Below, one piece after another: positions 1-10,086 of a DNA stretch of 64,000 bases (position 1 is the stretch's first letter; every line of letters starts with the position of its first letter). The translations under genes and the position numbers were made by a program. The stretch covers positions 3,488,001 to 3,552,000 of the forward strand of contig CBDDIJ010000003.1 of assembly GCA_965228855.1 (NCBI GenBank). Direction: 5' to 3'. The notes beneath the pieces are model-generated. The model was given only the letters and a program-made list of their open reading frames with translations. It did not search any database and had not been told where the DNA came from. The stretch is from Candidatus Obscuribacterales bacterium. GTDB taxonomy: Bacteria > Cyanobacteriota > Vampirovibrionia > Obscuribacterales > Obscuribacteraceae.

Positions 1-2
1 GC

Positions 3-83
3 CAAAACTTCAAAACCGATGCCGCCGGCAACCTCACCGAAGTGCAAACCAACGCACGTAAGCCAATGGACCTCAGAAAGTAA
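3..83 (+). CDS. Possible 3' end of an upstream gene (partial)
   Basis: Open frame QNFKTDAAGNLTEVQTNARKPMDLRK* ending at TAA 81-83; too short to identify. Confidence 0.3.
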   Translation, partial: QNFKTDAAGNLTEVQTNARKPMDLRK

Positions 84-232
84 TTCAGATCTTCTGAGAA
101 AAAGACCGAAGGAAATGAGAAACAGGAGCCGGATTGCTTAATCCGGCTTCTTGCTTTGAGTACAACTGCCCGAGCAAGATGATAAAATCCGAACTGTCTG
201 CGGGTTTACTCCACATCGGGGAGCATTTCATC

Positions 233-1231
233 ATGCAATTGCGTCGTTGTTTATCTATCGGTATCGTAACCACCTGTCTTTCCATCTCAGCATGGATAGC
301 GGCTCCGGACGCGGCATTTGCGCAAGGAGCACCGTCGGTTTCCACCGTGACACTGCAAGTTGTGCCTGGCCAACAAGGTACTGAGCAGGTCATTACTCCC
401 AAAGGTATGGTCGTTCCACTGCCAGGAGCAGGGGTAGACTCAAACTCGGTACAGATCTACATGGGCTCCCAGGGCGGTTTCTGGTACGTCGATCGAAACG
501 GACAGAACGTCGATTTGACTTCTTATGTGGAACGCTACCGTTCGATGAACGGCGGACAAACGGCTCAGGTTCCACAATATGCAGCGGCCCCACAGCAGCC
601 GGTAAACGTTTACAACCAACAAGGCTCCTCCGGGTCAAGCGGTGCTTCGGCATTGGGAACGGCAGCGGCTGCGGGTCTTGGCGCAATGGCAGGCTCAGCG
701 ATGTCCGGAGCCTATTACAACAATGGATACTATGACCACGTCCCGTACGGAACTCCGATGTACTATCCGCATGGCGGAAATCCGTATTACGTCAACGCGA
801 GCGGCAATACGGTCAATGTCAACCACAGCTATGAAGGTGCGTCAAACAACACCGCCGCTGCTGCCAATCGAGAAACCTATAACAATCAACACGCTGAAAA
901 TCTGCAAAAACAGCAAGACTGGTATCAAAACCAACAGAAACAAAACCCGCAACAGTTCAAAGCCTGGCAACAAAGCGCGGGCGGCGAAAATCCGTTCGTG
1001 AATAACGAATCGCAGGGACGTTTCGGTCGAGGTGCGCAGCAAGCAGATGGTCAGGGTCGCGGAGGGCTGCTCGGCCGCCGCGGAAATGAACAGGGCGGGG
1101 CGCAAGGAGCCGGCGGGCGCTTCGGCGGCGGCGCAGCAGCTGAAGCAGGCGGTGGAAGATTCGGCGGTCGCCTGGGTGGCGCAGCAGAAGGCGGCGGTGG
1201 CGGACGTTTGGGTCGCCGCGGAAACCGTTAG
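233..1231 (+). CDS. Exported Gly/Gln/Asn-rich hypothetical protein
   Basis: ATG 233 after GGGGAG; signal-like N-terminus (MQLRRCLSIGIV...AAFA|Q); Q/N/Y-rich middle and GGRFGG-repeat tail; terminator follows. Confidence 0.75.
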   Translation: MQLRRCLSIGIVTTCLSISAWIAAPDAAFAQGAPSVSTVTLQVVPGQQGTEQVITPKGMVVPLPGAGVDSNSVQIYMGSQGGFWYVDRNGQNVDLTSYVERYRSMNGGQTAQVPQYAAAPQQPVNVYNQQGSSGSSGASALGTAAAAGLGAMAGSAMSGAYYNNGYYDHVPYGTPMYYPHGGNPYYVNASGNTVNVNHSYEGASNNTAAAANRETYNNQHAENLQKQQDWYQNQQKQNPQQFKAWQQSAGGENPFVNNESQGRFGRGAQQADGQGRGGLLGRRGNEQGGAQGAGGRFGGGAAAEAGGGRFGGRLGGAAEGGGGGRLGRRGNR

Positions 1232-1266
1232 GGAACTTAGCCCGGCAATCTCCAGTTTGAGCAATT

Positions 1267-1300
1267 AAAAACGCGCGCCACTAAATATGGTGCGCGTTTT
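1267..1300. terminator. Bidirectional intrinsic terminator
   Basis: AAAACGCGCGCCA-loop-TGGTGCGCGTTTT between convergent genes. Confidence 0.75.
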
Positions 1301-1362
1301 GTTTCAACTAAGATAACGTTCTGATTTGGTTTTGAACGGAAGCGAGGTATAGACTGTTTCTC

Positions 1363-2193
1363 TTACCAGTTTCCGACCTCGTAATTAACGCCTGTTCTGT
1401 CCGGACGCGCTTCGCCCATATAACCGAACTTGGTATTACTCATACTGTAGCCGCCGGATGGCGTCTTCGAGAATGTCGTCACTGTGTTGTCCGGTCGATA
1501 AATTTTGATTTCGCCGTCCGGCGCTTTCACCATGCGACCGTCTACGCCATTGGGATACTTCACGAGATAATCATTGGTCGCCTTTCTCGGAATCAAAACC
1601 GTTCCATTTGCAAAGCCGTCTTCGATTGCATAGCTGCCATCAGGAAAGCGGCGCAAGTAGGCGGAAGAACCATCAACCATATTCATTTTAAGAACGATAG
1701 CCGGTCTGTTCATCGGCACGCCTTTCTGCTCGTACGGGTCGATATCTTGTACGGAAAACACAAACACCATGTCCTTGGCCATGTCCGAGGCGCTGGTACC
1801 AAGCTCTTTTCCGATCGCTTTGACGAAACTCTTCACCGGTCCTTTGTGTTTCTTTTTCTGGTCTTCCATATCGCCCGGTGTCAACCAGGGCGAAGTAGAG
1901 TTCCTCACCCAGGCTTCGGCTTGCCAGACGGGCTCGCCAGGCGGAGGAGCAGGTTCAGTGTGGGTAATTGTAGAAGCGTAAGATGGCGTCGGTTGAGCTT
2001 GAGCATCTTTAGTCGTCGTCACTTGCACGTTCTCAGAGCCACTGGTCGCGCTCGTTGAACTTGTAGTCGCTCCACCAGGAGCCGCCGTGCTCTGCGCAGG
2101 CGCCGATTGTTTAGCATCATCCGCAGCCGCTTGAACTTGCAAACTCAACGCACAAGTCATAGCCAGCGCAATTGTCATCACAGGACGCATCAA
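1363..2193 (-). CDS. Exported hypothetical protein
   Basis: Signal peptide (VQA|A), S/T/P-rich linker, C-terminal beta-hairpin-like repeats (FPDGS, YPNGV, RPDNT). Confidence 0.75.
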   Translation of the reverse strand: MMRPVMTIALAMTCALSLQVQAAADDAKQSAPAQSTAAPGGATTSSTSATSGSENVQVTTTKDAQAQPTPSYASTITHTEPAPPPGEPVWQAEAWVRNSTSPWLTPGDMEDQKKKHKGPVKSFVKAIGKELGTSASDMAKDMVFVFSVQDIDPYEQKGVPMNRPAIVLKMNMVDGSSAYLRRFPDGSYAIEDGFANGTVLIPRKATNDYLVKYPNGVDGRMVKAPDGEIKIYRPDNTVTTFSKTPSGGYSMSNTKFGYMGEARPDRTGVNYEVGNW

Positions 2194-2272
2194 CGTAACT
2201 CCTCATATGGTGAAGCCCAGACGATACCATCCGGGCTCCGCGCACATCTAGATTATTGCTCTAATATGTTTA

Positions 2273-3457
2273 CTAGGGCTGAGTTACGTGTCCGGCGAAC
2301 AAAATCTTACCGGTTTGTTTGTCATGTAAAACTACAAAGAACGGTCTGTCCACGATCATTTTGAACGGCGGTTTGGGATTCATTGCAGCGGATGTGGGAG
2401 CCATTTCAATACCGGTAACCGCCGCAGCCTCAGTACCTTCCTCATTCACTTCCATGAAAGTCTTATGTATCACTCGAGTGATAAACAGATTCACGTTTGC
2501 CATGTTTGGAAATTCAGCTCTTTTCGAATCGAATGCTATTCCCAGACCCAGCGCCGTGAGCGGTTTTACAAGCTCCAGCTTGTCTTCGATTTTGAACCGC
2601 GGCAATCCTAAATGCCCTTCGCTCTTGCGGAATTGCGATTTCCACGCATCCCAGTTTTTCTGTGTAAAACTTGCATCGAATGCGCTAAGTGTCGTGCCTT
2701 GTTTCGGCAAGAAGACATAGAGACTGAGCCGCTTGTCGGCATACTTCAAGTTAACGGATTGAAACTGTTCGTTCTCCAAATATTGAAAATCGCTGCGATC
2801 CATATTCATCATTTGCACTTTTCGCTTGTCACCACTCGCGGTGACGAAGTCCTGCGGTCTAGTCTCGCCCTTCTCAAACTTGTTCTCCCATGAGCCTTTG
2901 AAGTAGATGGCGTTTATCAAATACAAGACCGCGTTCGGATTGATCTGTTCCAGGATGCTCGGAATCTTGCCGTGAGTTTTTTCTGAGACCCAGGAGTTTA
3001 TGTCGTTGGTTGATGCCGGCGAACTGAAGTCTAGCGTTTTCAGCCCGGCATAGAAATTTTGCTTCGAAGATGCCAAAAATGCTTGTTTGAATTGAACGGT
3101 TTTTTCCCCGAACAAACCATTTGCAATCTCCAGCTTGGTCCCACCACCGGGATTTTGCAGGCTATCCATCATCTTCTTCGCATCTGCGGAGACTGAAGCA
3201 TCGGATGGATCTGCCAGGTCTAGAGTGGAGGCGAGAGCTTTCTTCGTGGCACCTGCAGACCCGGAGTAGGTCATGCTCAGCGCAGTCGAGACGCTCAAAG
3301 GTGAAATTAATAGATTTCGCTTGGGCTGCTCCTTGGCTAATTCTTGATAGAGCCTGAAGGGAAAGCTACTGTCGCTTGCTGGTGTCGCAGCAGACAACTT
3401 TCCGGAAAATGCGATCAGGGTGACAAGCACCATAGATAGTGGCAGACCAAACTTCAT
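2273..3457 (-). CDS. Exported serpin (serine protease inhibitor family)
   Basis: NLLISPLS, INAIYFKGSW, hinge EVNEEGTEAAAVT, DRPF; N-terminal signal peptide. Confidence 0.95.
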   Translation of the reverse strand: MKFGLPLSMVLVTLIAFSGKLSAATPASDSSFPFRLYQELAKEQPKRNLLISPLSVSTALSMTYSGSAGATKKALASTLDLADPSDASVSADAKKMMDSLQNPGGGTKLEIANGLFGEKTVQFKQAFLASSKQNFYAGLKTLDFSSPASTNDINSWVSEKTHGKIPSILEQINPNAVLYLINAIYFKGSWENKFEKGETRPQDFVTASGDKRKVQMMNMDRSDFQYLENEQFQSVNLKYADKRLSLYVFLPKQGTTLSAFDASFTQKNWDAWKSQFRKSEGHLGLPRFKIEDKLELVKPLTALGLGIAFDSKRAEFPNMANVNLFITRVIHKTFMEVNEEGTEAAAVTGIEMAPTSAAMNPKPPFKMIVDRPFFVVLHDKQTGKILFAGHVTQP

Positions 3458-3528
3458 TTTACACCTCTATTGATTTGGCTTAGATTTGTCTCTTAGCATC
3501 AGACGACGTTTCCTCTTCCAAGAAAGGC

Positions 3529-4167
3529 TTACATCCAGGTCTCCTGATTATCGTAGTACATCGGTTGTCTGTCCGGATACTTTGCTTTGAACTCCGTATA
3601 CCGCTTTAGCAACTGTTCATAACGCTTGTCGGATGTTGCAATGTGGCGATGAGGATAGTCAATTAGAAACTGTTCCAAACGCCACATATTCCCAGGCGCG
3701 AAACGCCAGTCGAAGTTGCCCATTTCGTTTAAATCTACAACTGCATAGCCGGTAATGCGACCCGTGTAATCCACGTATGGATCGACGTAGCTTAAAGCCA
3801 GATCGCGGGCGGTTCTGAAGACTGGCTTACGTCCATGCAAGCCATTGTCTCTTGAACGAGCGACGGAGCCCCAGCCTTTATCCGTTTTAAAGACGTATAG
3901 AACGTGATCGAGTTGATCTATCGACTCGAAGCTTAAAAGCAACGGGGAGTAACCATGCTGTTCCAATATTACAGCCGCTGCCAGAGCGGCTTCCAGACAG
4001 TGAGCGGACTTACGTTTTACAACCTGCCGAAAAGAAACCAGCGTCTCACCCTTCTTCTCGAAGTTATATGGTAGAGATTTGAGATACGCCTGCACCTGTC
4101 TCGGCGTGCGATAGCGTTGAATGATATCCCACTCGACTTTAGTAAATTCGCTGCGGTCAGGCTTCAT
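3529..4167 (-). CDS. Hypothetical protein, possibly transglutaminase/papain-like fold
   Basis: LPYN...HCLEAA...DHVLYVF spacing resembles the Cys-His pair of transglutaminase-like enzymes. Confidence 0.6.
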   Translation of the reverse strand: MKPDRSEFTKVEWDIIQRYRTPRQVQAYLKSLPYNFEKKGETLVSFRQVVKRKSAHCLEAALAAAVILEQHGYSPLLLSFESIDQLDHVLYVFKTDKGWGSVARSRDNGLHGRKPVFRTARDLALSYVDPYVDYTGRITGYAVVDLNEMGNFDWRFAPGNMWRLEQFLIDYPHRHIATSDKRYEQLLKRYTEFKAKYPDRQPMYYDNQETWM

Positions 4168-4475
4168 AGGAAGTTATTTTAACAGCCGCCCGGTCGACTA
4201 TGGTGAGCAGCTATCACCGCATTTGATGGCATAACTTGCTTGTGTCGAACCTTTCGCAATCTCTCGATACACATTCAAAGTCATTTTTCGGATTATTTGG
4301 GCGTTTACGTTGGAAGTCATGAATATGAGTCGAATGTTCTAATTGTGTTTCAAAAAATTATGCCATAATGCCAAGTGTTCTTACTTTTCTAGTTTGCGTG
4401 CAGCCTCTTTACCTGGTTCGTATGGTTGCTGTCTGAGTTGGAACAATACCAGGACTACCACAGGTAAAATGACAG

Positions 4476-5390
4476 ATGGAAAATCCAGTTCTGTTTTGTA
4501 CGCTTACTCTTGTTTTCTACCTCTATCACACGCTCGGCGTCACCGTGGGTCTGCATCGCTTGTTGTCCCACCGCGCTTTCAAATGCCCAAAAGCAGTCGA
4601 GTATTTCTTCGTATCGGGAGCCTACCTGGCTTTTCACGGTGCGCCGATCTGGTGGGCTACGATTCACAGAAACCATCACCGCTACGTAGAGACGAAACTA
4701 GATCCACATTCTCCGAAAAACGGGATACTTCAGGCGTATTTTTTCTATCGCGATTTCAAGTATCCACCTCATATGAATCCGGAAAAACAATGCCCGGATC
4801 TCTGGAAAGATCCAGTCTACAGATGGCTCGAGCGAGGCGACGACTGGCGTTTGGCGTACGTGAAGTGCGTTACATTCAGCTTGTTGTTCCGTGTCCTGCT
4901 CTGGGCCTGCTTCGGCACTGAAGTGATGCTTGCAAGTTTTCTTGCGGGCTTCCTGGCGTGGAACATGCCACTAATTTTGAACATAATGTGCCATATCCCG
5001 AAACTCGGATATAAAAACTTCGCGGTCGCAGACGACAGCGTCAACAACCACTTCTTTGGTATCGTCGCTCTGGGAGATGGTTGGCATAACAACCACCATG
5101 CTCACCCAGGCAGCAGTCAGATGGGGCTCAAGAAGCATGAGTTCGACTTTTCCTGGTTTGTACTCAAATGCCTGCAAAAGGTCGGCTTGGTGTACACAAT
5201 CAATGAATCGATGCGTGCCGACAAGACAAACGAACTGGCGATTGCTGAAGAGGCTGACGAAGCTATGGATGCATTCGAAAGAGAACACAAGCTCGAAAGC
5301 GAACGGGAGGCTGACTTAGCGACGAGCGGTCATCGCACCCACAAACCATTTCGCCAGTCGGCGAATTCGAGATCTAGAAGCCGCCAATAA
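4476..5390 (+). CDS. Acyl-lipid/acyl-CoA delta-9-type fatty acid desaturase
   Basis: His boxes HRLLSH, HRNHH and WHNNHH; hydrophobic segments. Confidence 0.92.
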   Translation: MENPVLFCTLTLVFYLYHTLGVTVGLHRLLSHRAFKCPKAVEYFFVSGAYLAFHGAPIWWATIHRNHHRYVETKLDPHSPKNGILQAYFFYRDFKYPPHMNPEKQCPDLWKDPVYRWLERGDDWRLAYVKCVTFSLLFRVLLWACFGTEVMLASFLAGFLAWNMPLILNIMCHIPKLGYKNFAVADDSVNNHFFGIVALGDGWHNNHHAHPGSSQMGLKKHEFDFSWFVLKCLQKVGLVYTINESMRADKTNELAIAEEADEAMDAFEREHKLESEREADLATSGHRTHKPFRQSANSRSRSRQ

Positions 5391-5417
5391 GGCTTCGGAG
5401 ACGGGTTCCGAAGCCTT
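5389..5417 (+). terminator. Hairpin/terminator after the desaturase
   Basis: AAGGCTTCGGA-loop-TCCGAAGCCTT perfect inverted repeat. Confidence 0.55.
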
Positions 5418-5711
5418 CTAGCAAGGAACGAAGGTTATTTTTAACCTCTCGTTGACAACACGCGAAGCCAGCCTGTCACCACGGAATAAAGTGACCGACT
5501 GGACTCTTGCAATCGCTAAAGCCGGACACGGCTTTTAATTCCGCGGATATCGGTCAAGTGCTGCCAGGAACGGCGCTCGTAGCCTTCCCACAAAAATAAC
5601 ACTTTCTTAGAGGCATTTAAGCTTGACCGCTTGTCAACCCTCTTGCACCTCGCTTCCTTCGCACATACTATATGTACATTCTCTCTTCCATTATCAGCCG
5701 TGGTGAATTAG

Positions 5712-8700
5712 ATGAAGATGGCGATATTTCCCCGCCGGGGAATCTGTCTTGCGCTGACAGTTATTTTCAGCTCTACCTGTTTAGCCCCTGGTGTCGATGC
5801 TCGTCAGCGATACAGCACGATTCAAGGCAATATCCGAGAGGAAGCTGAAATTGAGCCATATGAAGGTGGCAAAAAGGCCGGTCCCGTTCAGGACTGGGAA
5901 TTGCTTTGCAAGATCGAAGGAGATGCAGAGCTAAAAGCAACCGTCATAAAAGAGGCTGAAGAAGGAAAACTAGATCAAATTTTCGTTCTCGCTTGTATGA
6001 ATCTGCAAGGCAAGGGCGTTCCCAAAAACCTGACTGCAGCTTTCGAACTATTCAAAGCCTGCGCAAACAAGGGACATTCTTCTTCGCAGAACAATCTCGG
6101 ATTTATGTTCGAAGAAGGAGTCGGCACAAAGAAAGATTTGAAACAGGCGATGACCTGGTATCAAACCGCCGCCGACTACAACAACGCCAATGGTCTCTGC
6201 AATCTGGGCAACATGATCGAACATGGTCGAGGCGTACCGGCCAACCCGGAACAAGCCTACACGCTGTACCAGAAGGCATCGGAATTAGGCAGTAAAGTTG
6301 CCCGCCAAAATGTGATCGGATACGAATTTGAGCGTGACCACAAGTGGAAGTTAAAAGGCATTGAGGTAAATCAAACTGCCACGGACGCCGCCAAGCAGAC
6401 TCTATCCTACAATCCAACCGCGGCTCTCTTCAAAAATTCGTCACCTCAAAGCAGCGCTGCTAAGACGGTCACCGCCACAGCTCCGGCAGCGGCGAAAGTA
6501 GCTGTGACGGCCAAACCAGCACCACCAGCAGTGGCAAAGCCGGAAACAAAGACGACACCGACAACCGATGTTGTTGCCAACGTCATTAGCAAACTAAAGG
6601 CTGCTGACAAGGCAAATACGGACAAAGCGGCGGCGGACAAGATCTCAAACAAGACCGCAGAAAAAGCGAAACCTGCGGCTTCTCCAGCCGATTCAAAAGC
6701 AACCGAGAAAAAACAGGATGTTCCGGCAGTCGCAACCGAGCCTGAGGCAAAACCAGCCGAGGCCCAGAGCGGTCTACAGGCAGGTACTCCAACACTGACA
6801 GCGATTTTGAATCGTCTGAGCAAAGGCACCAGCCTCGAGCAGGAGCAACCGACTGCTACAACGCCTGAGACGACGAAAGATGAAAAACCACAAGTAGCAT
6901 CCGCGCCCAAAGTGGCTCCCACAGAGCAGAAGGTCGAGGCCAAAGCTTCCGAGAAAACAGATAAAGCGGATACGAAGGCTGACAAGAAAGCAGACGCCAA
7001 CGAGAAGAAAGACGACGCCCGCGTAGAGAAAAAAGCTAAAGCGGATGCCAAAGCGGCTGAGAAATTAGCGAAGTCGGCTGAAAAGCAAGTTGACAAAAAG
7101 CCGGAGCCCAAGCTGTCCGCCACTGAGAAAACCGTCGTTGCAGCGGTAGAGAAACCAATAGAAGCCACTACGGAAAAAACAATTGCGAACGCCGAAAAAC
7201 CAGCTGCGAAACAGAATGAAACCGCAGTCGAGGTCAAGAAGTCTGCACTTGATACACCGATTTCTTACAAGGCACCCGCCCAGCCGGAAGTGAAACCTGA
7301 GGCTGTTGCAACTGCTAAACCGGAAGTTAAGCAAGCTGCCAAACCAGAAACCAAGCAAACCGGCAAACCGGAAGTGAAGACAGCACCCGCCGCCAAGACC
7401 GCCGCAAAACCGGAGACAAAGCCCGTCGTTGCGGCAAAGCCTACAGCTGCCACTACAGGCGGTGCTGACCCGAAGGTGAAGGAATTCAATAAGTTGGCGG
7501 AAAAATCAGCCAACCGCCCAATTCGCGATAAGTGGGCGTTAGTGATAGGCATCACCGATTTCCAGGACCCGGACATCCCGGACCTTCAGTACTCGGCCAA
7601 AGACGCCACCGACTTCTACAATTATCTAGTCAAGGAAGCAAATTTCCAGCCGGACCACGTACGCCTGCTGCTCAACGAACAGGCTACCCAGCGCAGAGTT
7701 TTGTCTGAACTCGGCTCGAAGTTCCTCGCTCGCGTCGTGAAACCAGACGATCTCGTCGTGCTCTACTTCTCGACTCATGGCAGCCCGTCGCAGCTTGACC
7801 CACGCGGGAAGAACTACCTGGTCGCGAGTGACTCCGACTCTGCCGACCTGTTCGCCACCGGCATCGAAATGCAAAAACTTCTCGACAGCATCCAGGGTCG
7901 CGTGCTGACCGACCGGGTTCTTCTCGTGATGGACGCATGCCACAGTGGCTTTGCGGCACCCGATTCAAAAGGAATGTCCAGACTGGGCAATTTTAAAGCC
8001 GAAGACCTGGCTCAGGGCTCCGGTCAACTGGTCATCTGCTCAAGCATGCCCGAAGAGCGAGCCTGGGAATCGACGAGATATCAAAACGGTGTATTCACCC
8101 GCAAACTACTTGATGGACTGCGCGCCAAAGGGACCGGCACTTCCCTTGTAGAGGCCTTCACGGCGGCCCGTAGCGCCGTCGGCAATGAGGTCCAGGAAGA
8201 CAGACCAGGAGCCAAGCAAACACCGGTTCTAAAAGGCAAATGGGATGGAAACGACCTCGTTCTGGCGACGCCGGCATATGCACCGCAGGCGATACCAAAT
8301 TCTGTTTCCCAGAACCTTGAGACAGATAGCCGCGTAGACCTCATTGCCTCAGCTTCCAGGCCTCAGGGAATTCGTAATGTTTCGGAAGACAAAGACACAG
8401 AGGGTGTGACGAAACCTACCAACGACTCGGCGCCTAGAAGTGGTGTGTTGTATCTGGACTCGCAATTCTTCAGCGTCCCTGGAGATCCGAAAGCCGTCGC
8501 AAAAGACTACGGCGACGCTATCAGAAGCAATGGCACGGACTCGGAACTTTACTTCCTGCGCGCCAAAGCCTTTATTCAACTTGGTGACTGGCATCAGGCG
8601 ATGACTTCATTGACCGATGCCATCCAGCTGAGCCCGAACCGCGCCCAGTACTACCTTGGACGCGCTTATGTAAACTTCCGGCTGGGGAAAAAGGTTCTCG

Positions 8701-8771
8701 CTGAGCAGGACCTGGAGCAAGCCAGATTCCACGATCACAAGCTGACCAATAACATCCGCTTCCACATGTGA
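5712..8771 (+). CDS. Exported Sel1-repeat / caspase-like peptidase C14 / TPR protein
   Basis: Signal peptide; Sel1 repeats (SQNNLGFMFEEGVGTKKDLKQAMTWY); long A/K/P/T linker; KWALVIGI, STHGSP and DACHSG caspase dyad; C-terminal TPRs. Confidence 0.9.
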   Translation: MKMAIFPRRGICLALTVIFSSTCLAPGVDARQRYSTIQGNIREEAEIEPYEGGKKAGPVQDWELLCKIEGDAELKATVIKEAEEGKLDQIFVLACMNLQGKGVPKNLTAAFELFKACANKGHSSSQNNLGFMFEEGVGTKKDLKQAMTWYQTAADYNNANGLCNLGNMIEHGRGVPANPEQAYTLYQKASELGSKVARQNVIGYEFERDHKWKLKGIEVNQTATDAAKQTLSYNPTAALFKNSSPQSSAAKTVTATAPAAAKVAVTAKPAPPAVAKPETKTTPTTDVVANVISKLKAADKANTDKAAADKISNKTAEKAKPAASPADSKATEKKQDVPAVATEPEAKPAEAQSGLQAGTPTLTAILNRLSKGTSLEQEQPTATTPETTKDEKPQVASAPKVAPTEQKVEAKASEKTDKADTKADKKADANEKKDDARVEKKAKADAKAAEKLAKSAEKQVDKKPEPKLSATEKTVVAAVEKPIEATTEKTIANAEKPAAKQNETAVEVKKSALDTPISYKAPAQPEVKPEAVATAKPEVKQAAKPETKQTGKPEVKTAPAAKTAAKPETKPVVAAKPTAATTGGADPKVKEFNKLAEKSANRPIRDKWALVIGITDFQDPDIPDLQYSAKDATDFYNYLVKEANFQPDHVRLLLNEQATQRRVLSELGSKFLARVVKPDDLVVLYFSTHGSPSQLDPRGKNYLVASDSDSADLFATGIEMQKLLDSIQGRVLTDRVLLVMDACHSGFAAPDSKGMSRLGNFKAEDLAQGSGQLVICSSMPEERAWESTRYQNGVFTRKLLDGLRAKGTGTSLVEAFTAARSAVGNEVQEDRPGAKQTPVLKGKWDGNDLVLATPAYAPQAIPNSVSQNLETDSRVDLIASASRPQGIRNVSEDKDTEGVTKPTNDSAPRSGVLYLDSQFFSVPGDPKAVAKDYGDAIRSNGTDSELYFLRAKAFIQLGDWHQAMTSLTDAIQLSPNRAQYYLGRAYVNFRLGKKVLAEQDLEQARFHDHKLTNNIRFHM

Positions 8772-8900
8772 GCGTGTGCGACCAGCTATAATTCGAATCT
8801 GAGACGATGCCAATCGACCGACGTCGATCATTAATGTCTCGGGTCCGGCGCGGATGGCAATCTGCGCCAGACACAAAGAGGTAGACCAGGAGCGATCAGG

Positions 8901-10016
8901 TTGAATACCGGCAAACGGCCAGACCAAACACCGCCGACTTACGGCGAGCTTGCCCAGCGCCTTGAAGAGAAAACCAGAGAAGTAGACCTTTTAAACAAGA
9001 ACTACAACGATCTGAGTTATCGAATTCAGCGCATCATCACAAGCTTCCCAATGGGTCTGATTGTGGTTAATAAAAACAATCGAATCGAGGCCGTCAATCA
9101 GCGAGCTCGAAGCATCTTCGAATACTCCTCAGAGGAGCTGGCTCAGCAGCCAATCGACTTCATTTTTCCTGAAACGAAAGCGCTGGAAATCAGTCCGCAA
9201 CCAATTAAAGTCTCAGCTCGCAGACGCAGCGGCGATATTTTCGCCTCTGAAATTTGCGTCAACATGCTCGAAACACAAGGGGAGGAGCGCTACTTCGTTA
9301 ACGTTCAAGACATAACCGAGAGACAACGCCTGGAACAATTGCGTCACGACCTTATCGCGATGGTGAGCCATGATATACGGGGTCCTCTCACTGCCGTTCG
9401 TGTGGTACTGGATATGGTGTCAACCGGAATGTACGGCGCCATAAACGGTCGCGGCGTCAACATAATCACAAACGCTCAATCCTCCGTCGACTACCTTATA
9501 TCCCTGGTTAAGAATTTGCTGGACGCGGAAAAAATGGAGACCGGCACTATAGAGATAGTGCCGGCCGAAACAACCGTGGGCGCAATCATAAACAAGGCAG
9601 TCATCACCGCCGATGGTGCCAAGGATCGCCCGACCGTTTCAATAGAAACTGATATTACCAATGATGTAATAACGGCTGATGAGGACAGAATTATTCAGGT
9701 TCTCATTAATCTGATTTCCAACGCAATCAAGTATTCGCCGGACAATTCGGTCGTCCGCGTTGTGGGCGGCATCGAGGGTTTGTCGGCCAAGTTTCAAGTA
9801 ATCGATTGCGGTCCAGGCGTTCCGAAAGAGATGCAACACATCGTATTTGAGCGCTATCGTCAGCTGGAACAACACAAGTCGATTAAGCGAAAAGGATTTG
9901 GGCTGGGTCTGGCGATATGCAAATCGCTAGTGGAAAAACATGGCGGCAAAATTTGGGTGGAAAGCGAGCCTGACAAAGGCAGCAAGTTTTGCTTCACGAT
10001 CCCGTTGTCACCTTAA
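8901..10016 (+). CDS. Cytoplasmic PAS-domain sensor histidine kinase
   Basis: PAS (VNQRARSIFEYS...VQDITE), H-box SHDIRGPL, N-box NLISNAIKYS, G boxes DCGPG and GFGLGL. Confidence 0.95.
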   Translation: MNTGKRPDQTPPTYGELAQRLEEKTREVDLLNKNYNDLSYRIQRIITSFPMGLIVVNKNNRIEAVNQRARSIFEYSSEELAQQPIDFIFPETKALEISPQPIKVSARRRSGDIFASEICVNMLETQGEERYFVNVQDITERQRLEQLRHDLIAMVSHDIRGPLTAVRVVLDMVSTGMYGAINGRGVNIITNAQSSVDYLISLVKNLLDAEKMETGTIEIVPAETTVGAIINKAVITADGAKDRPTVSIETDITNDVITADEDRIIQVLINLISNAIKYSPDNSVVRVVGGIEGLSAKFQVIDCGPGVPKEMQHIVFERYRQLEQHKSIKRKGFGLGLAICKSLVEKHGGKIWVESEPDKGSKFCFTIPLSP

Positions 10017-10086
10017 TAAAGCAAGTCACACATCAATTGCTCAGGTTTGAACGTCATTGTAATATGGTCATGGAAAGGGTGATTCT

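Noticed and set aside
4343..4921. 192-aa ORF overlapping the desaturase
   Set aside because: Alternative frame with no motifs; the desaturase frame has all His boxes
5420..5711. Possible ncRNA or riboswitch in a long intergenic region (CCAG..GTCAC/GTGAC..CTGG stem)
   Set aside because: Only a weak stem and no recognisable family motif; an Rfam search would be needed
6446..7237. 263-aa antisense ORF
   Set aside because: Shadow of the low-complexity A/K/P linker of the caspase gene
2273..8771. Serpin as inhibitor of the nearby caspase-like protease
   Set aside because: The reactive loop has no Asp or basic residue at the likely P1, and the genes are separated and oppositely oriented
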